24,177 nucleotides of DNA, from the IMG/VR virus record IMGVR_UViG_3300017912_002765, positions 1 through 24,177 of that record. The stretch is one strand, 5' to 3'. A model generated the notes under the pieces. That model saw only the letters and a list, made by a program, of their open reading frames with translations, was not told the origin of the DNA and searched no databases. Source of the DNA: a virus. Lineage: Duplodnaviria > Caudoviricetes. The position numbers and the translations under genes are program-made. Of this stretch, positions 17,801 to 23,200 are shown piece by piece (the first letter of the stretch is position 1; every line of letters starts with the position of its first letter).

Positions 17801-18610
17801 TCTAATGTTTCATTTACTGGTGGAAATTTTGATAGTGCTGCATCTGCCGAAGTAGGTCAGGTTTCTGGTTATGTAGATTCTTTATCAGTATCTTTGCCAG
17901 GATCTGGTTATAATCCTAATTCTCAAATAACACTAGAATTTACGGTTCCAACAGATACGAATATTGATAACTTGACAACTGCATCTGGCGTTGCAAATGT
18001 TGGGTCTAGCGGTACTGTAACATCAGTTACTCTAACTAATTCTGGAATAGGTTATACGCAAACACCATTTATATCTGCTCCAGTTCCACCTGTTAAAGTT
18101 GAATCTATTACTGGCATTGATTTTATTCAAGGATTTTCTGGTATTGTTACAGGAATTGCACAGGTTTCAGGAGTCGGAGCACCACTAGGATTGCAATTTG
18201 ATCTTAAGATTGAATCTGGTGATTTCGCATCCCTATCAGAAGGATATCCAATTTATGTTTATGATACACATGTTGGATCTGGTGTTACATCAATTGATAC
18301 AACAGATTCTCAAACAGTTGGAATTGGGACAACTTTCTTAGATAATATATATTATGTTCATAGTATAACAAGAGATGGTGTAAATGCAGTTGTAACTGCA
18401 AATGTTAAGTCTGATTCAAATATTACTGGTATTTCTACTACTGGATTGAATCTAGGCAAATTCTCTTGGGGAAGATTAGATTTCTCCAAGAGAGGACTCA
18501 ATGCAATTGCTATTGACATATCAGATTACACTACTGGAGGTCTTTCTACATACCCTCAAATCCAAAGAAGAGGTTATGGATTAAGGAACACAGGATCTCT
18601 TAGTTATTAG
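2888..18610 (+). CDS. gp7: Giant baseplate wedge initiator gp7-like protein (5240 aa), multidomain
   Basis: Lies between gp6 and gp8. N-terminal IQNQLP.FI....FVEFL.QYY and LYKTKGT.ESFRILF..LYG, plus the later DNDYYQ..SYSIRS...VHPTG, are the wedge-core motifs of T4-like gp7. The very large size is typical of cyanophage gp7. Confidence 0.9.
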   Translation: MLSEGFDVRVKTSQIIQNQLPRFIGEENTNFVEFLTQYYLSQEFQGGPTDILDNLDQYLNLDILTEDNLSRTYSLTQSVSYGDEEIYVDSTLGFPDEYGLLKINNEIISYKEKTATSFSGCLRGFSGIEAYEEGNYGTELVFKSTEIDQHQSGDVVENLSNVFLKQFYKKIKGFLTPELENVKFTDGLNVGTFLKESSSLYKTKGTEESFRILFNVLYGITPSILNLEDQLIKPSSADYIRRKVIFGELLEGLNPDLIIGQTLVSSDGTANGPISEIEIVKKRGKFTYKISLFEGYDDRSLINGTFNITASSKVIGNFPIDSKTLSVDSTIGFPESGTILCGDNTITYTEKTVNQFLNCSGINNEILDSDSVRETRYVYAYENGDTTKIVRFSVSNILSEINFPEDTTLTNDDESITVINLGDNVVNPQLNKTYKELLFNSWIYNTSSRYQIESSESNTTHTTKDLLDKSSMKRGDEVEIVDRKLNTVYGIGRIADATNYSLKLESYVNISGVSLNTKLVDVKRRLKYASSSSEELKYPNLLANIQNVYSDGDDYAYVATNSLPDFEIKSDFASRFINNANTVNVVNNSIIFPQIQLPLPFITGDEVVYIAENEESPITGLTSGRNYFIKIVSEDSIRLYVSKSFIYTDKFIEISVSQNHPSGKHSLTLLRQYGKKITSSKSLRKITLKPNTNNGQKELTTAGKPVGMLVNGTEIISYKGTDEIYYGPISGKTIYNNGTDYDVIDAPILSVSSPQVSTGATSFITPVVQGSVKSILLDTPEVEVNTVSFVRIVGGNGSGCILDPIIERKQSQFEFDALNSLNVLAETITFATDHNLTDGQEIIYSANGNSEIGIGTYYGSNADQSETLLDGGSYYAKVFNSNTIQLYGNQSDYKAGINTIGFTTTGNRGIHKFRTIEFKNVLVDIKVESEGSGYTNRNLIVKPEGVFTQDSKVKFTNHGFEDGELIKYTSDDPISGLSTTNQYYVLKLNDNEFKLANAGVDGTITTEYERRDYVRFTSTGTGYHKFNYPDIQVDIGVSYATTSRTIVAKPLIRGSIIDTYIYEEGSDYGSVILNYHNRPAVTVKQGKDGSVRPVIINGRIIDVVVETTGSEFFSKPDLIVNSSTGTGVKLNPVISGGKLVDVIVIKSGAGYSANDTITVKAPGSAFNIDLNVRKLRVNALNRFGSEYLNSFGTIQDDEVLYSVLGYNDTIRESLSDNRGSEEKPDHSPIIGWAYDGNPIYGPFGYTDPSDSSAVSLLKSGYKLRTDLVKNRPVSADFGDGFFVEDYVYDGSGDLDIYNGRYAKTPEFPNGTYAYYGSIEANPEVINSFIPQFPYFIGNFFKSKFDEDVFDIDQTNYDFSTGKIQRNTFPYRIGSEYSSTDYVDFIYDKGSISATVEEASRGGVTSFSIIDSGSGYKVGDTINVDDTETGGSGASAIVKSVKGKTIDNITTISDLYESATIVKRSFDTLDLYVQPYHDLNNESFITLYQPSFFTNPAEIPLFGTRKDPVHPQTQQTTIRYSNGFSNAKYGSAVAIGNSTLVVSNNASVGAVYAYDMNGGNEVIISATDFASGDSFGISVAVGNNKIVVGASYDDDGGNATGSVYVYNLDGTGQVKITASDAAENDQFGRSVDVGDNKIIVGSFNDNSSAGSAYIYNLDGTGEVKVVASDSDPSDTFGRAVAIGHSKIAIGAPFADETASNTGTVYIYDQDGTNQVSVIASDNTANTLNRKFGEALAIGSNKIVVGAPGVENERGAVYVYDMDGTGEVKIQASDGVATDRFGASVDISGNYIIVGAWGDDDDGSTSGSAYIYNLDGTNERKVTASNAGEFDRFGYAVAVDADVAIVGAPMEDGDANNAGAIYRFTLDAVTIVPTFEIANYGSLKEVSIPGLSGVHKINVNKYSSILVKEIPATTVGIVTDIYVAEIPSNVSIGSSIKIGTEVMSILNKFNTNRILRVHRNAGGIHTETSKVDYLPESFSIKLSTENFESNVNRRVYFNPTESVGVGRTTGLGVEVNYSVGELSKSVSVETSSIFIPNHPFEDNQRVRLHRPSSAANPLLAYDSETDTSEYFPASSDLTKDFYIVNKGIDFIGLATAPGRDQGLYFDDNGTDSYEYFFEIFKPRTIVDAEVLSTTVTTSTDHGLINGDIVDLKLISEQNVGIAFTETAVNVKYNTEYNKLLLSTVGFGSEAVNPLTNRITLQDHKYSTGDKLFYDHSNNSSITGLSTGEYYVVRVDKDKFSLSETYKDTIADPQVVVSFGSTGGGSQSISLINPSINVTKNDTLVFDVSDVSLENSKLEFFYDNRFINEFVSTGSTNQFNVQRIGTPGAGIGTNIVSIRPLTGIDTELFYSLRRGTEVISSDLDVVSYSSIKTKESDYTGRYTVISSGPTSFNIVLKNRPERISYASSEISSLEYTTSSTGAVGGISEIKSVFEGIGYEKLPKFTGFDSTNGINAKIQLDTTNIGKINDIKIKNEGIVYPSDYTLAPQGRSSLICNVIDNQEITRVDITFGGRNYYTPPSFVCVDSASRNVIEGVAFKATLSSGSITDVDIISSAKGLASVQHELFTVNNTNGINIKSLTATAEGLVTATLSTPIFGFSTSSPPFATGDEVFVEGIAKTSGKGFNSEDYGHKFFKVTDYQPTNPAVVTFDVGEDPGVAAAIQSFAIIINKNEYPIFNAVQENSTFFENESILLNYGAGFFKSDYIVDDYVGSYIKLKGKGAIQNNIEIKGEKSGSIAKVENFSFNDGNFVTSATASQVGGWNNETGLLSFDQQVIEDNDYYQSLSYSIRSSIPFDQISDTVNRIVHPTGLKNFADVQIENSVSVDVVNQSKTVLIADFINDARVDQRNGLDLVLDSSISDEKTRDIKFVNKKLTDYFKCKTNRVLPIDDISGKFSSKNSDQETYENLAIYPDYVGYSRFLIQTIGVGNTNFQIDDVVVLNDKLNAYTVNRGQIGNTHEPFIEHNGNMDQGVMYLRSQPEDPENSSYTFKSIRGYHNTSQTGIGTTSVGKVKLTTKSEKIEAGISTSFLAIQNQNTNGLMIEAFVRDLITNDINFVELAIDHDGTDAYLAEYFIDSVALISGTSGIPIGSFGANINNGYLNVSYENNSNNPVELKSKTYNFEPTQSAGITTYRFKPNSQPDGSERTARYETRHKVVAIATDATNPSEEIVSIDINLDSAFKSILKINHNNQTSIHQVLVGYDGTDTYALPKYYVSIGNTTGLGTFSATTDSQNIILKFHPEPGDSGRYDVTSYSEILYRELDRETEKVDLEYGTIEEEVLVAKYNSINGLGNDQLEFDLKYNETPIFAKSIAPSSDNINQSTGLITIKDHFFSPGEELLYTPGSTYAGVSSSPIGIGTTQVGGTIFTGSVITGVSTISATTFTDATDKNLIEVGQTLEGEGITSGSTIVSIGQTFQYFVANSTGNTTATGIAVTSIFATGANVFGSNGISVGSIVSIGVDSITLDANFPSGTATYYTDNLGFGISMSNAGTATTITGSYSCGLTTDKMPSRVYCIRFNADTFKLTGVKNSGIGFTFTDYGQGNDHMFEMKKKNEKSLIAVDNITQYPILYTEINYELGIPVNDTGEFVTLTGISSINPRDIVKVDDEYMKVVNVGLATQASGPITGIGNFNLIEVNRGVVGSAATSHAASSEARVYHGSYNIVGDKIFFLEAPKGVGDNDKRDSRNLPLTKSTFSGRVFLRNDYSKNLIYDDISPKFTGIGQTFDITYEGQEVDYIEPGSGILFINEIFQTPTTENNDGNNYELESTNSTSDITFTGIKSPLSNELIVSDYDVNQNALPRGGVIISLGSTSGLGYAPLIGSKVAFDINGSGTIVGVKDSPSIGESLGIVTAQYDNVTGILTVTTQQNHYFNGLGDYVYLDNLEFSCAAEHVGVTTTIFPDGTLGNTFPIVSVDSTTSFTANIGICTIPHIYEGGGQAFPYYPDLTPGSGYYGEVSIGITFASHTGNNANITATVGAGGSLSYNIIDGGSGYSNPFSEVQPPSYGALEVVGISRLGSGITTETGSGLLLDLNVEPSERRMPDRFSDAADLILRNKLFIADVAVGKMLAQYPTFSIPTGDQSCKDDIVDVIESIAFNLEFGGNGNVHDSASLYITGGHVAAEEVQSITAFDEAKAAMIKVMRNEVVDTIAPLGGSFAETASLIEANRTLLIDESIDRMLLANPTFFFPTGPAACRADVDLIIDAIITNLSGGGNNAVYDLALTFANDAIDAYLVGAGQAGLSDEIVQNLEDLLRDIAQNVTFNITGFSTETQVTNPSMTVDAAVDTAIQDLITIFRTAINANTVSVSRTSGSSLTDRVQYFDNTITIDPAGTPYCANVASAIDSFVGIVTVAIGSSTLPNRTPSFLEQFEVKDFKIARNGYNFRRGDKFTAVGLVTAAGLSAPAETFELEVLGTFQDSAALWQFGELDFIDSIKPYQTEPKTRFPLYRNSELISFETDKSDPDSVLIDLEALLLVFVNGILQEPNKAYNFFGGTSIIFTEPVRPEDEVDIFFYRGTRGKDSFLEDVSPDIKIGDFIRINKNNEYPTSKTQEERIIFDILESDLIETNVYSGTGINTATPRPITLLPQKRDRIINSVVVSKKRELLSSQIYPISRVIKSITQSDTEIFVDDAQQFFYEEGAPISQSISSVDGLLVDDVEVSQASITPSVLLGGIINVSITNGGSGYETSPTVGFTGGLRAQGTAVLSSSGLLKRFVIDNPGSNYTYPPIVTFGGGLASQSATASIGAGGTVTGITLDGITLDTSDNSNIYELGNGTSIVSNGSGSGTTGGFNIGSSHLRFGGSSGTRFVTFNPIDSRSVDTVRVYAIRGNDTNGGETPDIEGIEDLRIQYQITDQGVAVDNGNWIDMGIVISAVDQGSGSGALENYDFSLTSEQKSSHVYFRLFQEDNSGSDYDHYGILSITFLSSANAEIPESTITLTKNLLEPNPAGIVDATASIILGRKIDSVTMTDFGEGYAVGSNVSFTGGNFDSAASAEVGQVSGYVDSLSVSLPGSGYNPNSQITLEFTVPTDTNIDNLTTASGVANVGSSGTVTSVTLTNSGIGYTQTPFISAPVPPVKVESITGIDFIQGFSGIVTGIAQVSGVGAPLGLQFDLKIESGDFASLSEGYPIYVYDTHVGSGVTSIDTTDSQTVGIGTTFLDNIYYVHSITRDGVNAVVTANVKSDSNITGISTTGLNLGKFSWGRLDFSKRGLNAIAIDISDYTTGGLSTYPQIQRRGYGLRNTGSLSY
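6560..6905 (+). other. YHYH-protein-like C-terminal segment within gp7
   Basis: HSPIIGWAYDGNPIYGPFGY...FVEDYVYDGSGDLDIYNGRYAKTPEFPNGTYAYY...FPYFIG matches the recalled pattern of the Pfam YHYH family. Confidence 0.7.
7442..8480 (+). repeat. Seven FG-GAP repeats (7-bladed beta-propeller) within gp7, aa ~1519-1865
   Basis: Seven ~50-aa units of D.FG.sVai....ivVGA..dd....G.vYiY..DGT.e.ki.ASD. There is an exact 19-nt DNA repeat, tggatggaacaggtgaagt, at 7854-7872 and 8166-8184. Confidence 0.92.
11612..12650 (+). repeat. Three tandem diverged beta-sandwich-type repeats in gp7
   Basis: YSRFLIQ...IDDVVVLNDKLNAY, GLMIEAFV...FVELAIDHDGTDAYLAEY and SAFKSILKI...IHQVLVGYDGTDTYALPKY, each followed by a G.F.a.i..g.l.l.f.P-like segment. 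Confidence 0.65.
14990..15960 (+). repeat. Two nested alpha-helical repeats (C..D[IV]..[VI]I..I..NL..GGN) in gp7
   Basis: DAADLILRNKLFIADVAVGKML..YPTF.IPTG...CKDDIVDVIESIAFNLEFGGN aligns with ETASLIEANRTLLIDESIDRML..NPTF.FPTG...CRADVDLIIDAIITNLSGGGN. Confidence 0.8.
17171..17640 (+). other. Reelin-subrepeat-like / carbohydrate-binding jelly-roll domain within gp7
   Basis: HLRFGG...RFVTFNPIDSRSVDTVRV...EDLRIQY...W..M...SHVYFRLFQEDNSGSDYDHYGILSITF. Confidence 0.55.
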
Positions 18611-18611
18611 G

Positions 18612-18619
18612 TATAAATA
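18612..18619 (+). promoter_or_regulatory. T4-type late promoter (TATAAATA) for gp8
   Basis: Perfect TATAAATA in the 24-nt gp7-gp8 gap, 15 nt before the ATG at 18635. Confidence 0.88.
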
Positions 18620-18634
18620 GAAGAAAAAACCGAA

Positions 18635-20203
18635 ATGACAGGGGCAATAGTTACAGACCAATTTAGAATTGCTAATGCAAAGAACTTCATTGATTCTGTG
18701 AACAATGAAACGGATTCTTATTATATGTTTATGGGTCTTGCAAATCCAGCTGTTACTGGTTATGGAAGAACTGATTCATGGAATACAAGTCCACCCATTC
18801 CAACAGATAATATTTCTAAACTGGCACACACCAGAGATACGATGTTATTTGGCAGAAAAATTAAATCTGTCAATATTAGAAGAATTGTTAGAAGAATTGA
18901 TTGGAATGCGGGTACAAAATATGAAATGTACAGACATGATTATAGTGTAGATAATTTATCACCAGTTACACAATCTTCTAGATTGTATGATTCAAATTTC
19001 TACGTTATAAACTCTGATTTTAAAGTTTATATTTGTATCGATAATGGTTCTAGTGTAGATAATCCAACGGGAAATCCATCTTTGGATGAACCTAAATTTA
19101 CTGGATTAGAACCATCTAGAGCAGGAGAAAGTGGTGATGGATATGTTTGGAAATATCTATTTACAATAGCACCATCTGATATCATCAAGTTCGATTCAAC
19201 TGAATATATTCCTGTACCAAATGATTGGGAAACTACAACTGCAGAAGATATAAAAGTAGTTAGAGATAGTGCAAACTCTGATGTAAATAATAATCAAATA
19301 AAGAAAATTTACATCAGTAACAGAGGTGGAAACTATTCGACTCCAGATGGTGGTGGAAGATGTGATATTTTAGGTGATGGTACTGGCGGAGAAGCAATTA
19401 TTGAAGTTAATTCTCTAGGAGAAATAACTAATGCAACTATTGCAAATGGTGGTCAGGGATATACTTATGGTATTGTAGATCTGGATAATTTTAATGGGTT
19501 AGTTGGAACTGGTGGAGGTTCATTTGCAGAATTAATTCCAATTATTCCACCTGATAAGGGACATGGTTCTAACATTTATACAGAACTGGGTTCAGATAAA
19601 GTCTTGATATATGTGAGATTTGATGATTCATCTAAAGATTTTCCTTTAGATACTAAATTTGCACAAATTGGAATTATTAAAAATCCAAAGCAATTTAACT
19701 CCAACTCTGCATTAACTAGTTCTGATTTTTCTGGTCTTTATTCATTAAAACTAAATGAAGATAATTTAACAGTTACAATAGGTCAAGAAATTACTCAAAC
19801 AGTAACTGATGAAAATGGTAATGATGTTAAAGCAAGAGGTTATGTTGCTTCATATGATAGTGAAACTAAAGTTTTGAAATATTACAATGATAGAAGTTTA
19901 TTTTTTGGAGATACATTAACACATAAAGATTATGTTGGCATTTCTTCTGATGCCAAATTAGTTGATTTTAGTTCTACTGGTGGTCCAATTTCACCTATTG
20001 GAGCATCGATTGATACAAACTTTACAGGTATATCTACAACAGTAGCAACAAGAATTATTGATCTTGGTGTTCAATTCCAATCTGGGGTTGCTTTTCCTGA
20101 GATAAATAAGAAGACAGGTGAGATTATTTACTTGGATAACAGAACACTAGTTTCAAGAAATCCAAGGCAAAAAGAGGACATCAAAGTAATACTGGAATTC
20201 TAA
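18635..20203 (+). CDS. gp8: Baseplate wedge subunit gp8
   Basis: 522 aa. AIVTDQFRI.NA..F, RR.DW..GT.Y.MY, FYVINSDFKVYICIDN, DGYVWKYLFTI, KFDSTEYIPVP, GEIIYLDNR....R...QKEDIKVILEF are canonical T4-like gp8 motifs. Confidence 0.95.
   Translation: MTGAIVTDQFRIANAKNFIDSVNNETDSYYMFMGLANPAVTGYGRTDSWNTSPPIPTDNISKLAHTRDTMLFGRKIKSVNIRRIVRRIDWNAGTKYEMYRHDYSVDNLSPVTQSSRLYDSNFYVINSDFKVYICIDNGSSVDNPTGNPSLDEPKFTGLEPSRAGESGDGYVWKYLFTIAPSDIIKFDSTEYIPVPNDWETTTAEDIKVVRDSANSDVNNNQIKKIYISNRGGNYSTPDGGGRCDILGDGTGGEAIIEVNSLGEITNATIANGGQGYTYGIVDLDNFNGLVGTGGGSFAELIPIIPPDKGHGSNIYTELGSDKVLIYVRFDDSSKDFPLDTKFAQIGIIKNPKQFNSNSALTSSDFSGLYSLKLNEDNLTVTIGQEITQTVTDENGNDVKARGYVASYDSETKVLKYYNDRSLFFGDTLTHKDYVGISSDAKLVDFSSTGGPISPIGASIDTNFTGISTTVATRIIDLGVQFQSGVAFPEINKKTGEIIYLDNRTLVSRNPRQKEDIKVILEF
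20101..20108 (+). promoter_or_regulatory. Putative internal late promoter (GATAAATA) in the gp8 3' end
   Basis: NATAAATA within the codons for E-I-N-K, 99 nt upstream of the ATG at 20208. The arrangement mirrors the gp6-internal promoter. Confidence 0.6.
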
Positions 20204-20207
20204 GAAA

Positions 20208-23200
20208 ATGCCACAAAAGACTAATTTAAATACTAATCCATATTATGATGATTTTTCACAATCGAAAAATTTTCATAAAGTATTGTTTAAACCTGGTTTT
20301 CCTGTACAAGCGAGAGAATTAACTACAATTCAATCGATATTACAGAACCAGATTGAGTCTTTTGGAAATCATTTTTTCAAAGATGGTTCTATCATAATCC
20401 CTGGTTCACTTTCTTATGAAAGTAGATTTTATGCTGTAAAGTTAAATCCAACTTATTTGGGTAATAATGTCTCCTTATATCTTTCACAATTAGTTGGTAA
20501 AGAGATACGTGGAGAAGAATCGCAGGTTAAAGCAATTGTTAGATTTTATCTTCCAGCAGCACAATCTGATGAAGATTTAGAAACCTTATACATTGGATAT
20601 AGAGGAGGAGATACTAACAATGAGTTCTCACCTTTTGTAGAGGGTGAAAACTTAATTACAAATGAAAGTATTACCTTTGGTGGTACTTCAATTGCTGCAG
20701 GTGATTCATTTGCAACAACAGTTGATATTGACGCGACAGCAATAGGATCTGCGTGTTTAATAAATGAAGGAATTTACTATGTTAGAGGAAATTTTGTAAG
20801 AGTTGATTCAGATACACTAATCTTAGATCAATATACAAGTACTCCATCATATAGAATTGGTTTAACTATCACTGAAGAAATTATAACAGCAAAAGCAGAT
20901 GATAGTTTGTATGATAATGCAAAAGGTTTTTCAAATTATTCGGCACCAGGTGCTGACAGACTAAAAATTGGAACAACATTATCTAAAAAAGAATTAACAG
21001 ATTATGATGATAAGAATTTTGTAGAAATTCTTAGAGTAATTAATGGTGAAACAAAGAAAATACAAGATAAAGTAGAATACAGTACAATTTTAGATTACCT
21101 TGCACAAAGGACATATGAAGAATCTGGTGACTATTCAATTACTCCGTTTGAGGTTACTCCAGAAAATTCTCTAAATGATGAAGTGGGATCATCAGGAGTA
21201 TATTTACAATCACAAACAACCGATGATGGCAATGATCCATCAGACGATTTATTAACATACAAGATCTCTCCAGGAAAAGCGTATGTAAGAGGATTTGATC
21301 TTAAAACGCAATTCAGTCTTATTGACGCACCAAAACCAAGGACAACTGAAACATCCGAGTTGTCTTCTATACCATTTGAGATGGGTAATCTGATAAAGGT
21401 CAATAATGTACGTGGAGTTCCTAGAACAGATTTAAATACTAATAATACTATTGATCTTTATAGTAAAAGAAAACTTTCAGATGGAACAAATGATGGTTCT
21501 GTAATTGGTAAAGCAAGGGTATATAGTTTTAATACTTCTAACGTTCCATATGTTGACACATCATCTGAATGGGACTTATACTTGTATGATATACAAACTT
21601 ATACATCAATCGAGTTAAATGAATCTTTAACATCTTCAGAATGCCCAGAAACTTCCTACATTGAAGGCAAAAATAGTGCGGCATTTGGTTATACAACAGC
21701 AGATGCTTCATCTGCTACTATTTTAGTTTCTGATACATCAGGTCAATTTTCAGTCGGTGAGCAGATTAAAATAAATGGAAATACTGAGATTTCAAGAACT
21801 ATTAAATCCATAACAACTTATAGTACTAGTGATATTAAATCAGTAAATCAATCAGCAGTCGTTGATAGTGTAAACATATTTGGTTGGTCAAATGCGTTTA
21901 CTGCAGACACTGTATTAGATAGAGTTGTCCCTGCAAAATTTACTGCAGCAGACAGATTAATGGTTAACGGAACTGTTGCAACATGTCCAGGAAAAACTTT
22001 TGATACTATAAAAGTTGGATCTATTATTAGATTTCAAGAAGCTGGAAATAATGTTGAAACATTTAATAGAATTAGTGCAATTTCTTCCGATAAGAAAACA
22101 TTAACCCTGGAAGGAGTAGCAACAGTTGCTAATGTATGTGATGGAACAACCACATCAGAAGCAAAAGAAGTTGCCTTTGCATTAGGTGTTACAAAAGTAA
22201 AAAATGAAGAAAATGCATTTTTGTATGCCAAACTTGCACATGAAAATGTCGAAAATGTTGATTTAGCAAAAACAAATTTAGTAACTTATCAACAGGTTGC
22301 TGGAAAATCAACAGATGCTGATGGAGTATTAACTGTAACTATTGTAGATACTGGTTTAACTTCTGGATTTTTTGAATCATTTGATGTTGAAAGATATTCA
22401 GTCAGTTATGCTGATGGAACAATTATTGCGCCTTTGAAGGCAGATCAATTTACATTCAATGGAGATTCTACTGAAGTAACAATTAGTGGTCTTCTTGTCA
22501 ATAAAACAAATGTCGTTGTAAATGTAACTGTTAAAAAAGCAATCGTAAGAAATAAGGTTAAAAAATATCAAAGAAGTAATAAACTAGTTGTTTCAAAAAC
22601 TAATTCAAACGCTAAAATTTTAGAAAATGGATTAACTAAAAATACATATTATGGTCTTAGAGTTGAAGATAAAGAAATTAGTTTGAATACTATTGATGCA
22701 GTAAAATTACTTGCAGTATATGAGTCTTTAGATCAGAGTGAGTCTTCTCTAGATTCTTTAACTTTTATATCGTCTTTGAATTTAGATCTGGCGGCAATTC
22801 CTGGAGAAAAGGTTCGAGGGTTAAGTTCTGGAGCAATTGCACAAGTAGTTTCAGGAACTTCTGCAGATAAAATTGATATTGTTTATCTAAATCAGTTTAA
22901 ATTTGATTTGGGTGAGACAGTAGTCTTTGAAGAGTCTGGTATTCAAGCAATACTGCAAGCACTTGAAGATGGAAACTATATTAATAGAACTTCCAACTAT
23001 AGATTAGATAAGGGTCATAAGCAACAATTATTAGATTATTCCAGAATTGTTAGAACATCTGGTGCTGCCCCTTCTAGAAAACTTACTATTATTTTTGATA
23101 AGTATCAAACCCCATCTAATGATACTGGCGATATTTACACAGTGAATAGTTATGGCAAAGAGAGATATACTACAGATATTCCTACTTTAGTAGATGGAAC

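Noticed and set aside
2888-18610. Intein, intron or homing endonuclease as the explanation for gp7 size
   Set aside because: I saw no intein splice-junction blocks, no LAGLIDADG/HNH/GIY-YIG motifs and no frame breaks. The extra length consists of structural repeats.
18608-18616. Possible TAG recoding or readthrough at the gp7 and small-ORF stops
   Set aside because: The gp7 TAG is followed in frame by GTA TAA. All long genes are uninterrupted under the standard code.
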